Notes: generated from the sequence alone by a model not told the origin. A stretch of 64,000 bases of DNA from Candidatus Methanomethylophilaceae archaeon (GCA_050950505.1 JBMNHS010000001.1:512001-576000); one strand, 5' to 3'. Counted from the stretch's first letter, positions 49,190 to 60,316 are shown. Numbers and translations are program-made.

Positions 49190-50421
49190 AACTCCATTTC
49201 GAACGCTTTGTCGGGTTTCGGCAGGATTACGTTGTAATCCTGCAGATCCGGCAGGAACTCCTCTCCGACTTCAGAGTGCATGATCACAACGTTATCGGGA
49301 TCGCAGTCCTGTATGAACTGAACAATCTGGCCGTGATCCGCATGGGCGGAGAAATCAAATTTCTGAACTTCGCAGTGGATTTTCTGAATTTCCCCGTCGA
49401 TGTTCATCACGCCGTGGTCCATCAGCATCCTTCCGTTGGTGTCCTCGGCCTGATAACCGACGATAAGCAATGCGCTTTTCGGGTCGTTCTTTACTTTGTT
49501 GACGTAACTGAGAACCGGTCCCCCGTCCATCATTCCGCCGGTGGTCACGATGATTTGTCCCCTTGCGGCGTTCTTTCTCATGTTGGAGTGTTTGACCGTG
49601 TGGAAGTTCCTTCTGGCCGTTTTGAGTTTGCGGGCGTCTCTGAGGTATTCGGGATATTCGAGGAAAAGTCTGGTAACCGAACGTCCCATTCCGTCAACCC
49701 ACATCTCATAATCCAAATTCATGAGCTGGAGCATTATTTCCTGAGTCCTTCCGATGGCGAACACCGGAATCAGGCAGGTACCCCCTCTTTCGACGACCTC
49801 TTGTACTTTGTTCAAAAAGTCCCGTTCGGTCTGGTCTCTGGGAGTATGGTTTCTTCCGCCGTAAGTCCCCTCAACAATCAACGTCTCGCATTTTACGGGC
49901 CTTGCGCCGTTTACCAGCCTCTGGTCCATGGTGTGAATGTCTCCGGTGTAGAGCACGCTGGTATCCCCTTCGAACAGGAACATGGAAGCCCCGGGAATAT
50001 GTCCCGCGGAATGCAGTGTCACGTCGACGGAGCCCACTTCAATGGTATCTCCGAAAGTCAACGGAACGACGCTTCTCATGGTACGGTCGATGTCTCCGGA
50101 AGTATACTGCAAAGGATAGTCTTCCGCTTTGGAGATTTTCAAAGAATCGTTCATCAGCAGCTCTCCCACTTCGGCCGTCAAAGGTGTTGTAAACAGTTCG
50201 GCATGTTGTTTTCCGCAGACCGCGGGCATCATCCCGCAGTGATCCAAATGACTGTGCGTAAGGAACACGTGGTCCACGGGGGGTGCCGGTATGGGATATT
50301 CCGGTGGTTTGGTGGGGTTCATGCCATACTCGATAAGGACGGCTTTATCCTCCCATTCCATGGTCATGCCCATGCAACCGACCATATCGGCCCCTCCTAA
50401 GAATCTGTATCTAACTCTCAT
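49186..50421 (-). CDS. Beta-CASP MBL-fold ribonuclease (aCPSF2-like)
   Basis: THSHLDH, AGHIPG, YTGD, EGTYG, FAIGRTQE, GYQ, FSAHAD; ATG 50421. Confidence 0.9.
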   Translation of the reverse strand: MRVRYRFLGGADMVGCMGMTMEWEDKAVLIEYGMNPTKPPEYPIPAPPVDHVFLTHSHLDHCGMMPAVCGKQHAELFTTPLTAEVGELLMNDSLKISKAEDYPLQYTSGDIDRTMRSVVPLTFGDTIEVGSVDVTLHSAGHIPGASMFLFEGDTSVLYTGDIHTMDQRLVNGARPVKCETLIVEGTYGGRNHTPRDQTERDFLNKVQEVVERGGTCLIPVFAIGRTQEIMLQLMNLDYEMWVDGMGRSVTRLFLEYPEYLRDARKLKTARRNFHTVKHSNMRKNAARGQIIVTTGGMMDGGPVLSYVNKVKNDPKSALLIVGYQAEDTNGRMLMDHGVMNIDGEIQKIHCEVQKFDFSAHADHGQIVQFIQDCDPDNVVIMHSEVGEEFLPDLQDYNVILPKPDKAFEMEL

Positions 50422-50790
50422 TTTCGATTTCCTTCTGTTGTAGATGCCATAAAGGCGGTGAAAAGAGGAACGCATAGGCGCCTCTTTGACTGTGAATTAA
50501 AACATAACGGTGATGCTTTCTTCCGCCTAATATCTGACGGTATATTTAGTTTCCTTAATTAGGTCGAAATAGACGCTAATCATCAAAAAATGAGGTGTTT
50601 TTCAACCGCCGACGGTGTTTGGAGCCCGAATCTTTGCGTATGTTCCGTCGATTTCGGAATGAAACGCTGAAGTCAGGTTCTCTTCTGACAATTGACGCAT
50701 TACATATTCGTCAATCGATGGAAAAAATACGGCATTTGACTTGTGACAATCCGAAACTTATTAAACATAAAATGCCTAGCCGACTGTGGG

Positions 50791-51564
50791 ATGCACACGA
50801 AGAGTATTAGCCAATCAGCCGAAGGTACGGAGTATTCCAAGCCTTACAGTTCGGGCAGGGCGGTAGCAGGCGGTTTCATGCTGTCAGCGATGCTTTGGTG
50901 GATTCCGGTAATCGGACCCGCCGTCGCCGGATTGTACGCCGGACGCAGATCGGGCTCTTTCATTAAAGGAATCATCACCTCCGCCATAGCCGGAGGTCTT
51001 CTTTTCGCCGCGGTGACCGTGGCTTCACACTACATTCTCGGCTCAACAGAATTCCACGACGCCATTGCGGAATCTGCAATAGGCGCGTTGGCAGGATATT
51101 TTGTCTGGGCCGAGATGTACCTTGAAAACTTCTTTGTTGCCGGAACGACGGAGATGTTGAAGATACCCTTCGGAGTATTGATTATTTTCGGAGGGGTCGG
51201 AGGTTCATTTTCGGAACTGCATCGCAGAGAGGCGGTCGCACTGATGGCGAACGGCGCCGTCTACTCGGCCATAAGACCGTTGGCCCGATCCGTGGAACTG
51301 TACGAAAGGGGCAAAGAGATGGGATTCGAGTCCTTCAACGAATGCATAACAATAAAGGATTCCGTCATGAGTTTTAATCTAAGAACTCCGAATTCCAAGA
51401 ACCGCCGCGAGGAAAAACAGGTGCACAGTTTTCAGACAAACACCGTCGCATCGGAAGAACCGACGTTCACAACCTCGGCAATGAACGATTCCAAAAGCCA
51501 CTTTTCGGACATTCTGGCTCAAACGGAAGTTCACAGGGACAACAAATCCCCTGCCAAAAAATAA
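50791..51564 (+). CDS. Hypothetical membrane protein
   Basis: LWWIP.IGPAVAG..AGRRSG hydrophobic N-half; TATA-like CTTATTAAAC at 50757. Confidence 0.7.
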   Translation: MHTKSISQSAEGTEYSKPYSSGRAVAGGFMLSAMLWWIPVIGPAVAGLYAGRRSGSFIKGIITSAIAGGLLFAAVTVASHYILGSTEFHDAIAESAIGALAGYFVWAEMYLENFFVAGTTEMLKIPFGVLIIFGGVGGSFSELHRREAVALMANGAVYSAIRPLARSVELYERGKEMGFESFNECITIKDSVMSFNLRTPNSKNRREEKQVHSFQTNTVASEEPTFTTSAMNDSKSHFSDILAQTEVHRDNKSPAKK

Positions 51565-51638
51565 CATACGACGGGCATTAAATGCCCTGTTCGATAAGTT
51601 ATTAATATCCTCATCCAATCGGGTTCACCAGTGATAGC

Positions 51639-51935
51639 TTGTTCTGCTCAGAATGCAAATCTTTGATGTTCCCGAAAGACGGGAAGTATGTCTGCAGTTC
51701 CTGTGAGTGTGCCGTAGAATTCGGTAAAGCACAAATTACCGTCACGGAAACCAGCGGCAAAGAAGCCCCCGTTGTGGGCGAAGACGTCACGACTCTTCCC
51801 AAAACCCGCATCACATGCGAAGAATGCGGCCACACAGAGGCTTACTTCGTTATCAGACAGACCCGTGCGGCGGATGAACCTGAAACGAGAATATACCGTT
51901 GCTGCAAATGCAACCATTCCTGGAGAGAGTATTGA
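51639..51935 (+). CDS. tfs: Transcription factor S / RpoM
   Basis: CSEC...CSSC and CEECG...QTRAADEPET..Y.C.KC...WREY. Confidence 0.95.
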   Translation: MFCSECKSLMFPKDGKYVCSSCECAVEFGKAQITVTETSGKEAPVVGEDVTTLPKTRITCEECGHTEAYFVIRQTRAADEPETRIYRCCKCNHSWREY

Positions 51936-51952
51936 ACGGGCCGAGGTGAAAA

Positions 51953-52699
51953 ATGTTCAAAGCAGAGATTAAGTCTGATACGCTGAAGGGGCTTGTAAAC
52001 ATAGTTTCGACGCTCATAGATGAGGTAAAACTCACCATTGGGCCCGAAGGCATCAGTCTGAAAGCCATGGATCCTGCCCGAGTGGCGATGGTCGAAGTTA
52101 ACATCGATTCCGGAGCCTTTGAGTCATATTCGGCCGATGAGACCGAAATCGGCCTCGATCTTGATAAGGTAAAGGGCGTACTGAAACTCGCCTCTTCCGG
52201 GGATATCATATCCATGGAGCAGGATGAAAATCACGGAAAATTAGTTTTCAAAGTCGGGAACATAACCCGTCGCATGCATTTGGTGGACACTTCGAGGATG
52301 AACGATCCCAGATTCCCTCAGCTGTCCCTGTCTTCCAAAATCAACATTCCCATCGAAGAACTTCAGCAGGGGATAAGGGCTTCCGAATCGATTTCCGACC
52401 ACATCGCTCTGACGGTGAATAATCAGGGATTCGAACTGTCCTGCGAAGGGGACACCGATTCCGCGAGCCTTATGGTTTCTAAAGACAAATTGAAATCCAT
52501 GGAACTTCCCGAAGGCAACGACGCTTTCAAAAGCATGTTCCCCCTGGATTACTTTGCCAACCTGGTAAAGGCCATACCCTCGGGAACCACGGTCTGCATC
52601 GAGCTTGATTCCGATTACCCAATCAAAATGAATTTTGAATTCGCCGACGGAAACGGAAAGGTAAGTTATCTTCTCGCTCCGAGAATAGAGAGTGACTGA
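51953..52699 (+). CDS. pcn: DNA polymerase sliding clamp PCNA
   Basis: AMDPARVAMV, DYP, YLLAPRIE. Confidence 0.95.
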   Translation: MFKAEIKSDTLKGLVNIVSTLIDEVKLTIGPEGISLKAMDPARVAMVEVNIDSGAFESYSADETEIGLDLDKVKGVLKLASSGDIISMEQDENHGKLVFKVGNITRRMHLVDTSRMNDPRFPQLSLSSKINIPIEELQQGIRASESISDHIALTVNNQGFELSCEGDTDSASLMVSKDKLKSMELPEGNDAFKSMFPLDYFANLVKAIPSGTTVCIELDSDYPIKMNFEFADGNGKVSYLLAPRIESD

Positions 52700-53549
52700 G
52701 TCGGTGATTCACTTGGCAGAGACTGAGGCGGATCTGAAAATCATAGCCAATAAACTCAGAACACACGTAATTGAGATGACGTCCGCTGCGGGATCGGGGC
52801 ACCCCGGCGGCTCTCTTTCATCTGCCGATCTTATGGCCGCTCTGTATTTCAGAGTGATGAACCACCGGCCCGAAGAACCCGATTGGGAAGGAAGGGACCG
52901 TTTTGTACTGTCCAAAGGACACGTGGCCCCCATTCTGTATGCCTCTTTGGCGGAGGCGGGATATTTCCCCGTCGAGGAACTTCTTACTCTGAGAAAAATA
53001 AACAGCAGACTTCAGGGCCACCCCGTCAAAGGCAGATTGCCCGGGGTGGAAATGTCCACGGGTTCATTGGGACAGGGGCTGAGCATGGCCGCGGGCATGG
53101 CGTTGGCCGCAAAGATCGACGGTAAAAAACACAACGTTTACTGTCTTCTCGGCGACGGGGAACTGCAGAGCGGCATGAACTGGGAAGCCGCAATGTTTTC
53201 GTCACATTACAAACTTAACAACCTTATCGCTTTCGTCGACCGCAACAGTCTGCAGATTTCCGGCGATACGGAGGATGTGGTCAGCATAGAGCCTCTGGCG
53301 GCCAAATGGAAGGCTTTCGGATGGAGAGTGAAGACCATTGACGGTCACAACATCAAAAAGATTCTTTCCGCCTGCGCATGGGCCGGAAAAGCAAAGGACC
53401 GGCCCACAGTGCTGATTCTCAAGACAATAAAAGGCAGCGGAGTGTCTTTCATGGAAAACAATGCCGATTTCCACGGAAAGAGCTGCAATCCCGAAGAAAT
53501 GGAATGTGCGGAAAGGGAACTCAAAGAAGCAATGGAGAGATGCAAATGA
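52692..53549 (+). CDS. Transketolase N-terminal subunit
   Basis: SGHPGGSLS, LSKGH, STGSLGQG, GDGE...N. Confidence 0.93.
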   Translation: MTESVIHLAETEADLKIIANKLRTHVIEMTSAAGSGHPGGSLSSADLMAALYFRVMNHRPEEPDWEGRDRFVLSKGHVAPILYASLAEAGYFPVEELLTLRKINSRLQGHPVKGRLPGVEMSTGSLGQGLSMAAGMALAAKIDGKKHNVYCLLGDGELQSGMNWEAAMFSSHYKLNNLIAFVDRNSLQISGDTEDVVSIEPLAAKWKAFGWRVKTIDGHNIKKILSACAWAGKAKDRPTVLILKTIKGSGVSFMENNADFHGKSCNPEEMECAERELKEAMERCK

Positions 53550-54484
53550 CCAAAATGTTGGCACAACGCGATTATTACGGCAAAGCGCTGAGGGAATTGG
53601 CCCAGCGTGAGAATGTGATCGTATTGGATGCGGATCTCGCAGGTTCCACCAAAACCCTTGAATTTTACAAAGCGTGTCCCGAAAGATTCGTCGAAGTGGG
53701 CATAGCCGAACAGAACATGATAGGCATCGCCTCCGGTCTTGCCGCCGAAGGCAAAACCGTTTTCGCATCCACTTTCGGAGTATTTGCTTCCGGAAGGTGC
53801 TGGGAACAGATCAGATTGGGCGTGGCGTATCCTGAACTGAACGTCAAAATCGTGGCCACTCACTGCGGAATCAGTGTGGGCGAGGACGGAGCGTCCCACC
53901 AGGCTTTGGAAGACATGTCAATCATGAGGAGTCTTCCCAACATGGTCGTGATTTCTCCTGCGGATGCGTACATGACCTACGCCGCCACCTTGGCGATAGC
54001 CGATTACGACGGACCGGTCTATATGAGACTGGGACGTTCCCCGGTCCCCGTCATAAGCGAGGAAGAGGACATATTCGAAATAGGAAAGGCAAGAGTTCTT
54101 TCGGAGGGTTCCGACGTTACTCTGATAGGCACGGGACAGCTCACTCACGGATGTCTCAAAGCCGCCGAGGAACTCAGGAAAGAAGGAATATCCGCGGAAG
54201 TCATCGATGTATCCACAATCAAACCCCTGGACGGGAAAACCATTCTTGGGTCCGTCGGCAAGACGGGATGTGCCGTGACCGCGGAAGAACACAGCATCAT
54301 CGGAGGTTTGGGTTCCGCCGTGGCCGAACTGCTTTCCGAAGAATACCCCGCTCCTTTGCAGAGAGTGGGCACCAGAGACATGTTCGGAGAGTCCGGAAAA
54401 CCCGATGAACTCTTCGTGAAATACGGATTGACGTCGGCGGACATAGCAGAAGCCGCCCGGACATCCATCAATAAAAAGAGATGA
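53546..54484 (+). CDS. Transketolase C-terminal subunit
   Basis: [25 protein letters not shown]; ATGA-coupled start 53546. Confidence 0.93.
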   Translation: MTKMLAQRDYYGKALRELAQRENVIVLDADLAGSTKTLEFYKACPERFVEVGIAEQNMIGIASGLAAEGKTVFASTFGVFASGRCWEQIRLGVAYPELNVKIVATHCGISVGEDGASHQALEDMSIMRSLPNMVVISPADAYMTYAATLAIADYDGPVYMRLGRSPVPVISEEEDIFEIGKARVLSEGSDVTLIGTGQLTHGCLKAAEELRKEGISAEVIDVSTIKPLDGKTILGSVGKTGCAVTAEEHSIIGGLGSAVAELLSEEYPAPLQRVGTRDMFGESGKPDELFVKYGLTSADIAEAARTSINKKR

Positions 54485-54488
54485 TTCA

Positions 54489-55136
54489 ATGAAGATTTTC
54501 ATAGATACCGCAAATTTGGAAATGATCAAGGAAATAAACAGCTGGGGAATTCTGGACGGAGTGACCACGAATCCCAGTCTTATAGCCAAGGAAGGAACTG
54601 ACGTCGCCACCCGCGTGAAAGAAATCGCGGAAATCGTGGACGGACCCATTTCCGCCGAGGCCATGTCCACGGACTGGGAAGGAATGGTCGAGGAAGGAAA
54701 AAAATTGGCCGGGATCCATAAAAACATAAACGTCAAACTTCCCATGTGCGTGGAATCGCTCAAAGCCACCAAGGTATTGTCCGAAGAAGGGATAGACGTC
54801 AACATGACCCTCATATTCTCCCCTCACCAGGCTCTGTTGGCCGCCAAGGCGGGAGCGAAATACGTTTCTCCCTTCATCGGCCGTCTGGACGACATAGGAT
54901 GCTACGGATCCGATCTCCTGGGTCAGATCTGCGGAGTGTTGGACAACTATGAACTGGACACCGAAATAATAGCTGCAAGCATCAGAAATCCCGTTCACGT
55001 TCTCGACGCGGCTCTTGCGGGATGCGACATAGCCACGATACCTTACGACATTCTTCTTAAGATGGTCGCTCATCCCAAAACCGATGAAGGAATCGCGAAC
55101 TTCGTTGCGGATTTCGAGAAATCGAAAAAGAAATAA
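54489..55136 (+). CDS. Transaldolase / fructose-6-phosphate aldolase family
   Basis: [31 protein letters not shown]. Confidence 0.93.
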   Translation: MKIFIDTANLEMIKEINSWGILDGVTTNPSLIAKEGTDVATRVKEIAEIVDGPISAEAMSTDWEGMVEEGKKLAGIHKNINVKLPMCVESLKATKVLSEEGIDVNMTLIFSPHQALLAAKAGAKYVSPFIGRLDDIGCYGSDLLGQICGVLDNYELDTEIIAASIRNPVHVLDAALAGCDIATIPYDILLKMVAHPKTDEGIANFVADFEKSKKK

Positions 55137-55138
55137 TC

Positions 55139-56281
55139 ATGTATGATTCCGTCGTGATAGGCGGAGGTCCCGCAGGCAGCAAAGCCGCCGAACTTCTTGC
55201 GAAAGATTTCGACGTCATGGTAATGGAAGAGCACGGCTCATCGGGAATTCCCGCGGGTTGCGCAGGTCTTATCACCGACGAAGTTCTGAGAATGTCCGGC
55301 GTCAAACCCGACGTGCACAACAGACTCTTCGGGGCTCATGTGTATTTTCCCTGCGGCGAGAAAATAACCGTAAGATCCGATTGGGCGAAAGCCAATGTTT
55401 TGGACCGTTCCGAATTGGACGGTCTGATGGCCGAAAAAGCCATGGATGCGGGAGCCGAATACCGTTTCGGCTGCAAATACAAGGGACACAGGGTATCGGA
55501 TAAAGCAATCGTGGATTCCACAGCGGGAAAAACGGAATGTTCTTTGCTGGTGGGTGCCGACGGCCACAGCTCCAAAGTCGCAATGTCTCTCGGCAAAAAC
55601 AACAATCCGAAAGAATACCTCCGGGGGTTCCAGATGGATGTCCGTAAAAGATACGACGAAGAGGATATGATCGTCATCCGTCTGGGTTCCGAAACGGCTC
55701 CGGGATTTTTTTCATGGGAAATCCCCTTCGGAGACAACGTCCGGGCGGGACTCTGCGCTTCGTGGTCGGCGGGTTACCCGTACGATTACATGAAGAAACT
55801 TCTGAAAACCGCAGGATTGGAAAACTCCGAAATTCTCAAAACCTATTCGGGCAAAATTCCAATAGGGGGGAGGCCCAAATCTTACGGGGAAAGAGTGCTG
55901 CTGATAGGCGATGCCGCGGGTCAGGTAAAGCCCGTCTCGGGCGGCGGGCTGTATCCTGCCTTCAAATCCGCCGAACCTCTTTACGACACGGCATCGAAAG
56001 CCTTCGGAACCGGGGATTTCTCGGAACGCGGTCTTTCCGGCTATGAAAAAATGTGGAAAAAGAGTGCCGGCAAAGAACTCCGCACCGGATACGCTCTGAG
56101 AAAATTGTTCCTTAAATTCGGGGATGAGGATTTCAACCGTGCCTATGCCGCCGCATCCAAAGAATCCGTCAGAAGCCTGTTGGACGAAATAAATCTGGAC
56201 AGTCCCAGCAAGGTCGTTTCCGAAATGAGACTCAGGGACATGGCAGGTTTCGTCCCGATTCTCATGAGGGTTCTTTTATGA
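55139..56281 (+). CDS. Geranylgeranyl reductase-family FAD oxidoreductase
   Basis: GGGPAG, CAGL, GADG, W.IP, GDAAGQVKP.SGGG. Confidence 0.88.
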   Translation: MYDSVVIGGGPAGSKAAELLAKDFDVMVMEEHGSSGIPAGCAGLITDEVLRMSGVKPDVHNRLFGAHVYFPCGEKITVRSDWAKANVLDRSELDGLMAEKAMDAGAEYRFGCKYKGHRVSDKAIVDSTAGKTECSLLVGADGHSSKVAMSLGKNNNPKEYLRGFQMDVRKRYDEEDMIVIRLGSETAPGFFSWEIPFGDNVRAGLCASWSAGYPYDYMKKLLKTAGLENSEILKTYSGKIPIGGRPKSYGERVLLIGDAAGQVKPVSGGGLYPAFKSAEPLYDTASKAFGTGDFSERGLSGYEKMWKKSAGKELRTGYALRKLFLKFGDEDFNRAYAAASKESVRSLLDEINLDSPSKVVSEMRLRDMAGFVPILMRVLL

Positions 56282-57297
56282 GAAAAGTCCCCGCCGCGAA
56301 GATTCCGGAAAACGAAGCTTCGGAAACCATTCCCGAACTGATAAAAAACGGAATCGCGGACCGGACCGCCAAAATTTCCAAAGAAAAAGGATTCAGACTT
56401 GTCCCGTTGCTTCCGAACAAGGTGGACGAAGTCTCCCACAGATACGAAATATGCGAAACCGAATCCCACACACTTGAAAGACTGGCCCCCCAGGAACGGA
56501 TTCTTCACAGACTTTCGGATCTCCCCGTAAACATAACCGAAAAGCTTCCGATGAAATGGGAGTCCGCGGGTGACGTGTTGATTCTCAAACTCGACGAAAG
56601 CTGCATGGAACACAAAGAAGAAATCGGCAAAGCTTACGCCGAGATACTGAACGCGGAAACGGTCTGCGCCGACGTGTCGGGGGTATCGGGGGAATTCCGA
56701 AAGCCCGAAATGGAAATACTGTACGGAAACAAAACCGAATCCGTGCGTTTGGAAAACGGGATTCTTTACGATTTTGACGTGACCAAAGTCATGTTCGCGT
56801 CGGGCAACACCGACGAAAGGATGAGGATGCGCAATCTGGACTGCGGGGGAGAAACGGTAATCGACATGTTTGCGGGGATAGGTTATTTTACTCTGCCATT
56901 GTCAAAATACGCAAATCCCCGTAAAGTCTTCGCCTGTGAAAAGAATCCCGAGTCTTACGGATTCTTACTGAAAAACATAAGACTGAACGGATTGACGGAC
57001 GTAATAATCCCCATATTGGGGGATAACCGGGACCTGCCCGGAAAGAATTTCGCAGACCGTATTCTGATGGGTTACGTGCAGACCACTTCGAAATTTTTAC
57101 CGAAAGCCCTGTCACTGATCAAACCGGGAGGAATCATTCATTATCACGATACTTTCCCGACCCACGAAGAAAAGGAACGGGTGAGCAAAGTTTTCTCCGA
57201 AGTCTGCGGCAACTATGAAATTCTGGAAATCCGGGAGGTGAAGTCCTTCGCCCCCGGAGTTTCCCATTATGTTGCGGACGTCAGGATATCAGACTGA
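56278..57297 (+). CDS. Trm5/Taw2 (Met-10+) family tRNA-modifying SAM enzyme
   Basis: ENG..Y.FD..KVMF, DMFAGIGYF, EKNP, DRILMG, VKSFAP. Confidence 0.88.
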   Translation: MRKVPAAKIPENEASETIPELIKNGIADRTAKISKEKGFRLVPLLPNKVDEVSHRYEICETESHTLERLAPQERILHRLSDLPVNITEKLPMKWESAGDVLILKLDESCMEHKEEIGKAYAEILNAETVCADVSGVSGEFRKPEMEILYGNKTESVRLENGILYDFDVTKVMFASGNTDERMRMRNLDCGGETVIDMFAGIGYFTLPLSKYANPRKVFACEKNPESYGFLLKNIRLNGLTDVIIPILGDNRDLPGKNFADRILMGYVQTTSKFLPKALSLIKPGGIIHYHDTFPTHEEKERVSKVFSEVCGNYEILEIREVKSFAPGVSHYVADVRISD

Positions 57298-58791
57298 TTC
57301 CCCGGAACCGCAGGCCGTCAACATTGTGTTCATGTCGTCTCTGTACTTCGAAGGTTCGGAATCTATCAGCAATTTCGCAAAAGGTATCAGGAATTCCATG
57401 AAATCCTTTTCTTCGGCGGAGAGCTTGAAAGGATACGTTTCTTCCGGATCGCAGGCCGCAAGGAACGCGGCGGACGCAGCTCTGGTGTTTTTGTCCTTCG
57501 CGACGGTACGGTCCAAGGAATCAAGCACCATTCCGGCGCCTCCGACTTTTGCGGCTTTCGCAAGCAGGTCGCAGAGTTTGGTCATGGGGCCGGGTTTGTT
57601 GAATTCAGGGAACGAATCGGCAACGCCGGACATGGTGTGCATCCTTCTCGCCTCGAGAAGAACATCTGACGGAACCTTTTTGGAAACATCTCCGAGTTTG
57701 TCGACAATCCCTTCGGATGTGCTGAGTTCGACAATCTTCGGACCGTGGGCCTCCCACAGCACGGACAGGGCATCGTTCACCCTCTCGGTTCTGAGAATCA
57801 CCGGAACGGGATATTCCTCAAGGAAGAGCCTCAGGGATTCTATGTCCGCGCCGGAACCTTTCAGAGCACCGAGGAATCCGTCAAGATCCGAGCCGTAATT
57901 GTTGTTGCCGATGATGTAAGCGACGCTCCCGCCCTCTTTCAGGCAGTTCATTCCGTCCTTCATGACGGAGTTGATCAATCCTTTGTCCGTGATCTGTCCC
58001 AGTGAATATTTCTTCAATTGGTCTTTTTCAACGGGAACGGTGCCGTCCTCATCCGCGGCACAGAATTTGTGTATGACCCTGACTTCGATATCATCCAACG
58101 GATCGGACGAAGCCACACGGGATATGATATACTGCAGGGAAGAAACGTCTTTTGCGCAATCGGAACAGATTCTTACGGTTCTGTCCAGTGATTTCACTTT
58201 GATTTCCAACACGGCGAGGGAAGTGTGACCGCAGTCCAACTCATCATCCTTGAACTCGTAGGGGGTTTCCCAGAATGTGTCGTAAAGGTAATCTTCCGGC
58301 ATGTTCGGACGGTTCGAACACACAAGATTCTCCTCGAAAGAGTAAAGGTTCAAACGGTGTTTTTTCACCACGGTGTTGTACAGAAGCAAACGTTTCTTCG
58401 GATCCTTGTGATACTGGCACCCGATCATCTTGTCGGCACCCACGGAGCCTCTGACGGCGTAAGACACGCGTTCGTCACCCAGTTTGGCGGAAGCCAGCAG
58501 CGGAATGGTGCCGTCGGCGGCAAGGGATATGGTTCCGGCATAGGCCCGGGCGATATCATGGCCTCTCGAAGCGTACTTTTTCAAAGCTGAGGGATTGTCG
58601 GCATAAGATGCAACGGCCTGAACTTCGCGGAAAGGTTTGTCAAAATGACATTTTCTGCAGTCTCCCGCGCACATAGGTCTGAGAAGACCCGGATCCGCGG
58701 CAAGTTCCGCGGAGATGTCCAGCAACTCTTCCTCCAATCTTTTTGAAGTGTGAACCACACCTCTCATTCTCATCCGTTTTTTCCGGGCCAT
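57289..58791 (-). CDS. Hypothetical protein with Cys motifs (about 500 aa)
   Basis: Long ORF filling the gap; C...CxxC, CGH...CxxC; ATG 58791 (MARKKR). Confidence 0.8.
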   Translation of the reverse strand: MARKKRMRMRGVVHTSKRLEEELLDISAELAADPGLLRPMCAGDCRKCHFDKPFREVQAVASYADNPSALKKYASRGHDIARAYAGTISLAADGTIPLLASAKLGDERVSYAVRGSVGADKMIGCQYHKDPKKRLLLYNTVVKKHRLNLYSFEENLVCSNRPNMPEDYLYDTFWETPYEFKDDELDCGHTSLAVLEIKVKSLDRTVRICSDCAKDVSSLQYIISRVASSDPLDDIEVRVIHKFCAADEDGTVPVEKDQLKKYSLGQITDKGLINSVMKDGMNCLKEGGSVAYIIGNNNYGSDLDGFLGALKGSGADIESLRLFLEEYPVPVILRTERVNDALSVLWEAHGPKIVELSTSEGIVDKLGDVSKKVPSDVLLEARRMHTMSGVADSFPEFNKPGPMTKLCDLLAKAAKVGGAGMVLDSLDRTVAKDKNTRAASAAFLAACDPEETYPFKLSAEEKDFMEFLIPFAKLLIDSEPSKYRDDMNTMLTACGSGESV

Positions 58792-58869
58792 GGAACATGG
58801 AATGCATAACACTCTAATAAGTCTAATGAGGCGTCAACACTGAATAAAAGAACTGCATTCACATTCTAC

Positions 58870-59367
58870 GTGGATATTCTTGAACGTCACAGACGGGCGG
58901 TGCGGGAGTTCCTTGCCCGGCCCCCGTTCGGTTACAGAAATCTGTCCGAGGAGGAATTGGATCTCTTTTCCGCGGCAACGATACACGACAGTTTCTCCAA
59001 CGAACACAACCTGAAGTCCAATTATGAAAGACTGGAATTCCTCGGGGATGCGGTGCTGGAATTCTCGGCCTGCAAACACATTTACGAAAACACAGATTTC
59101 ACCGAGGGGGACATGACTGCGGAGAAGCAGAAAATCGTCTGCAACAATTCCATATCCCGCGCGGTGCTGGAATCCGGACTGAATCTCGACGAAGTCATCG
59201 TTACCGGCAAAGGTCACGCAGATCCGGTCACAGGGGAATGCGAAATAAACGAAACCATGAGATCCGACGCTTTCGAAGCCGTCCTTGGAGCCGTATGCCT
59301 GACAAAAGGAATCGAAGAGGCGGAAAGAATAGTGACTGCGATTTTAATCAATCAAACACGTATTTAA
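58870..59367 (+). CDS. Ribonuclease III catalytic domain without dsRBD
   Basis: H.S...NYERLEFLGDAVL signature and SDAFEAVLGA; ends about 20 aa later. Confidence 0.88.
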   Translation: MDILERHRRAVREFLARPPFGYRNLSEEELDLFSAATIHDSFSNEHNLKSNYERLEFLGDAVLEFSACKHIYENTDFTEGDMTAEKQKIVCNNSISRAVLESGLNLDEVIVTGKGHADPVTGECEINETMRSDAFEAVLGAVCLTKGIEEAERIVTAILINQTRI

Positions 59368-59389
59368 TGCAGTACTAACATTTGATGCC

Positions 59390-60316
59390 GTGGCTGACAA
59401 CGTAAGAAAGACGGCCGAGTCAATCAAGGACATGACGATAAGGGGAGCGGGCAAGATTGCCCGCGCCGGAGCGTCTGCCATGGGGGACTTCGCCAAAAAT
59501 TATAAAGGAAATTCACTGGAAGATTTCAAAGCCGAGCTCAGGAAATGTTCGGATGTGCTGACGTCATCCCGCCCTACCGCGGTGTCTCTGTGGAACGGGG
59601 TGAACGCAACCATGAGAGGACTGTCTTCCGCGGAAACCCTGGAAGAAGCGAAAGAACTGGTATCGTCCAATGCAAACGAGTTTGTCAAAATCTCGGCAAT
59701 GGCGGTACAGACGATTTCAAAAATGGGCGCCAACCGGATAAAGTCCGGGGATACGATTCTGACTCACTGCAACAGCAAAGCCGCGATCGGGGTCATCAAA
59801 GAAGCCCACAGGCAGGGAAAGGACATCAAGGTCTACGCCACCGAATCCCGTCCTTGGAGGCAGGGAATTCTCACGGTGAACGAACTGGCAGAAGAAGGCA
59901 TAGACACCACGCTGATAATCGACAGTTCCGTGAGAACCGTCATGAAGGACGTGGACAAAGTGTTCGTGGGTGCGGACACCATAACCTCCCACGGGGCGCT
60001 TCTGAACAAGATAGGAACGTCTCAGATTGCTCTTATTGCCCACGAAGCAAGAGTTCAGTTTTATGTCTGCAGCGAGACTTACAAATTTTCTTCCGCAACG
60101 ATATTCGGGGATATGGTGACCATAGAAGAACGGGATACCGATGAAGTGGTGAAAAAGGGGGAAATACCGGATACGGTGAAAATATTCAATCCGGTTTTCG
60201 ACAGCACTCCCGCCGCGTACATAGACGCAATAATAACGGACGTGGGCGTCATTCATCCCGGATCCGTCTATGACGTGATGATCAGACAACTGGGAAACAA
60301 CATATTTGAGGAATGA
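59390..60316 (+). CDS. Ribose-1,5-bisphosphate isomerase (eIF-2B family)
   Basis: IRGAG.IAR, RPTAVSL, THCNS, ESRP..QG, VGAD, NKIGT, NPVFD.TP. Confidence 0.92.
   Translation: MADNVRKTAESIKDMTIRGAGKIARAGASAMGDFAKNYKGNSLEDFKAELRKCSDVLTSSRPTAVSLWNGVNATMRGLSSAETLEEAKELVSSNANEFVKISAMAVQTISKMGANRIKSGDTILTHCNSKAAIGVIKEAHRQGKDIKVYATESRPWRQGILTVNELAEEGIDTTLIIDSSVRTVMKDVDKVFVGADTITSHGALLNKIGTSQIALIAHEARVQFYVCSETYKFSSATIFGDMVTIEERDTDEVVKKGEIPDTVKIFNPVFDSTPAAYIDAIITDVGVIHPGSVYDVMIRQLGNNIFEE

Noticed and set aside
50505-50545. Fluoride riboswitch or C/D-box sRNA (GGTGATG...CTGA)
   Set aside because: Pairing and box spacing do not fit, and no appropriate downstream gene
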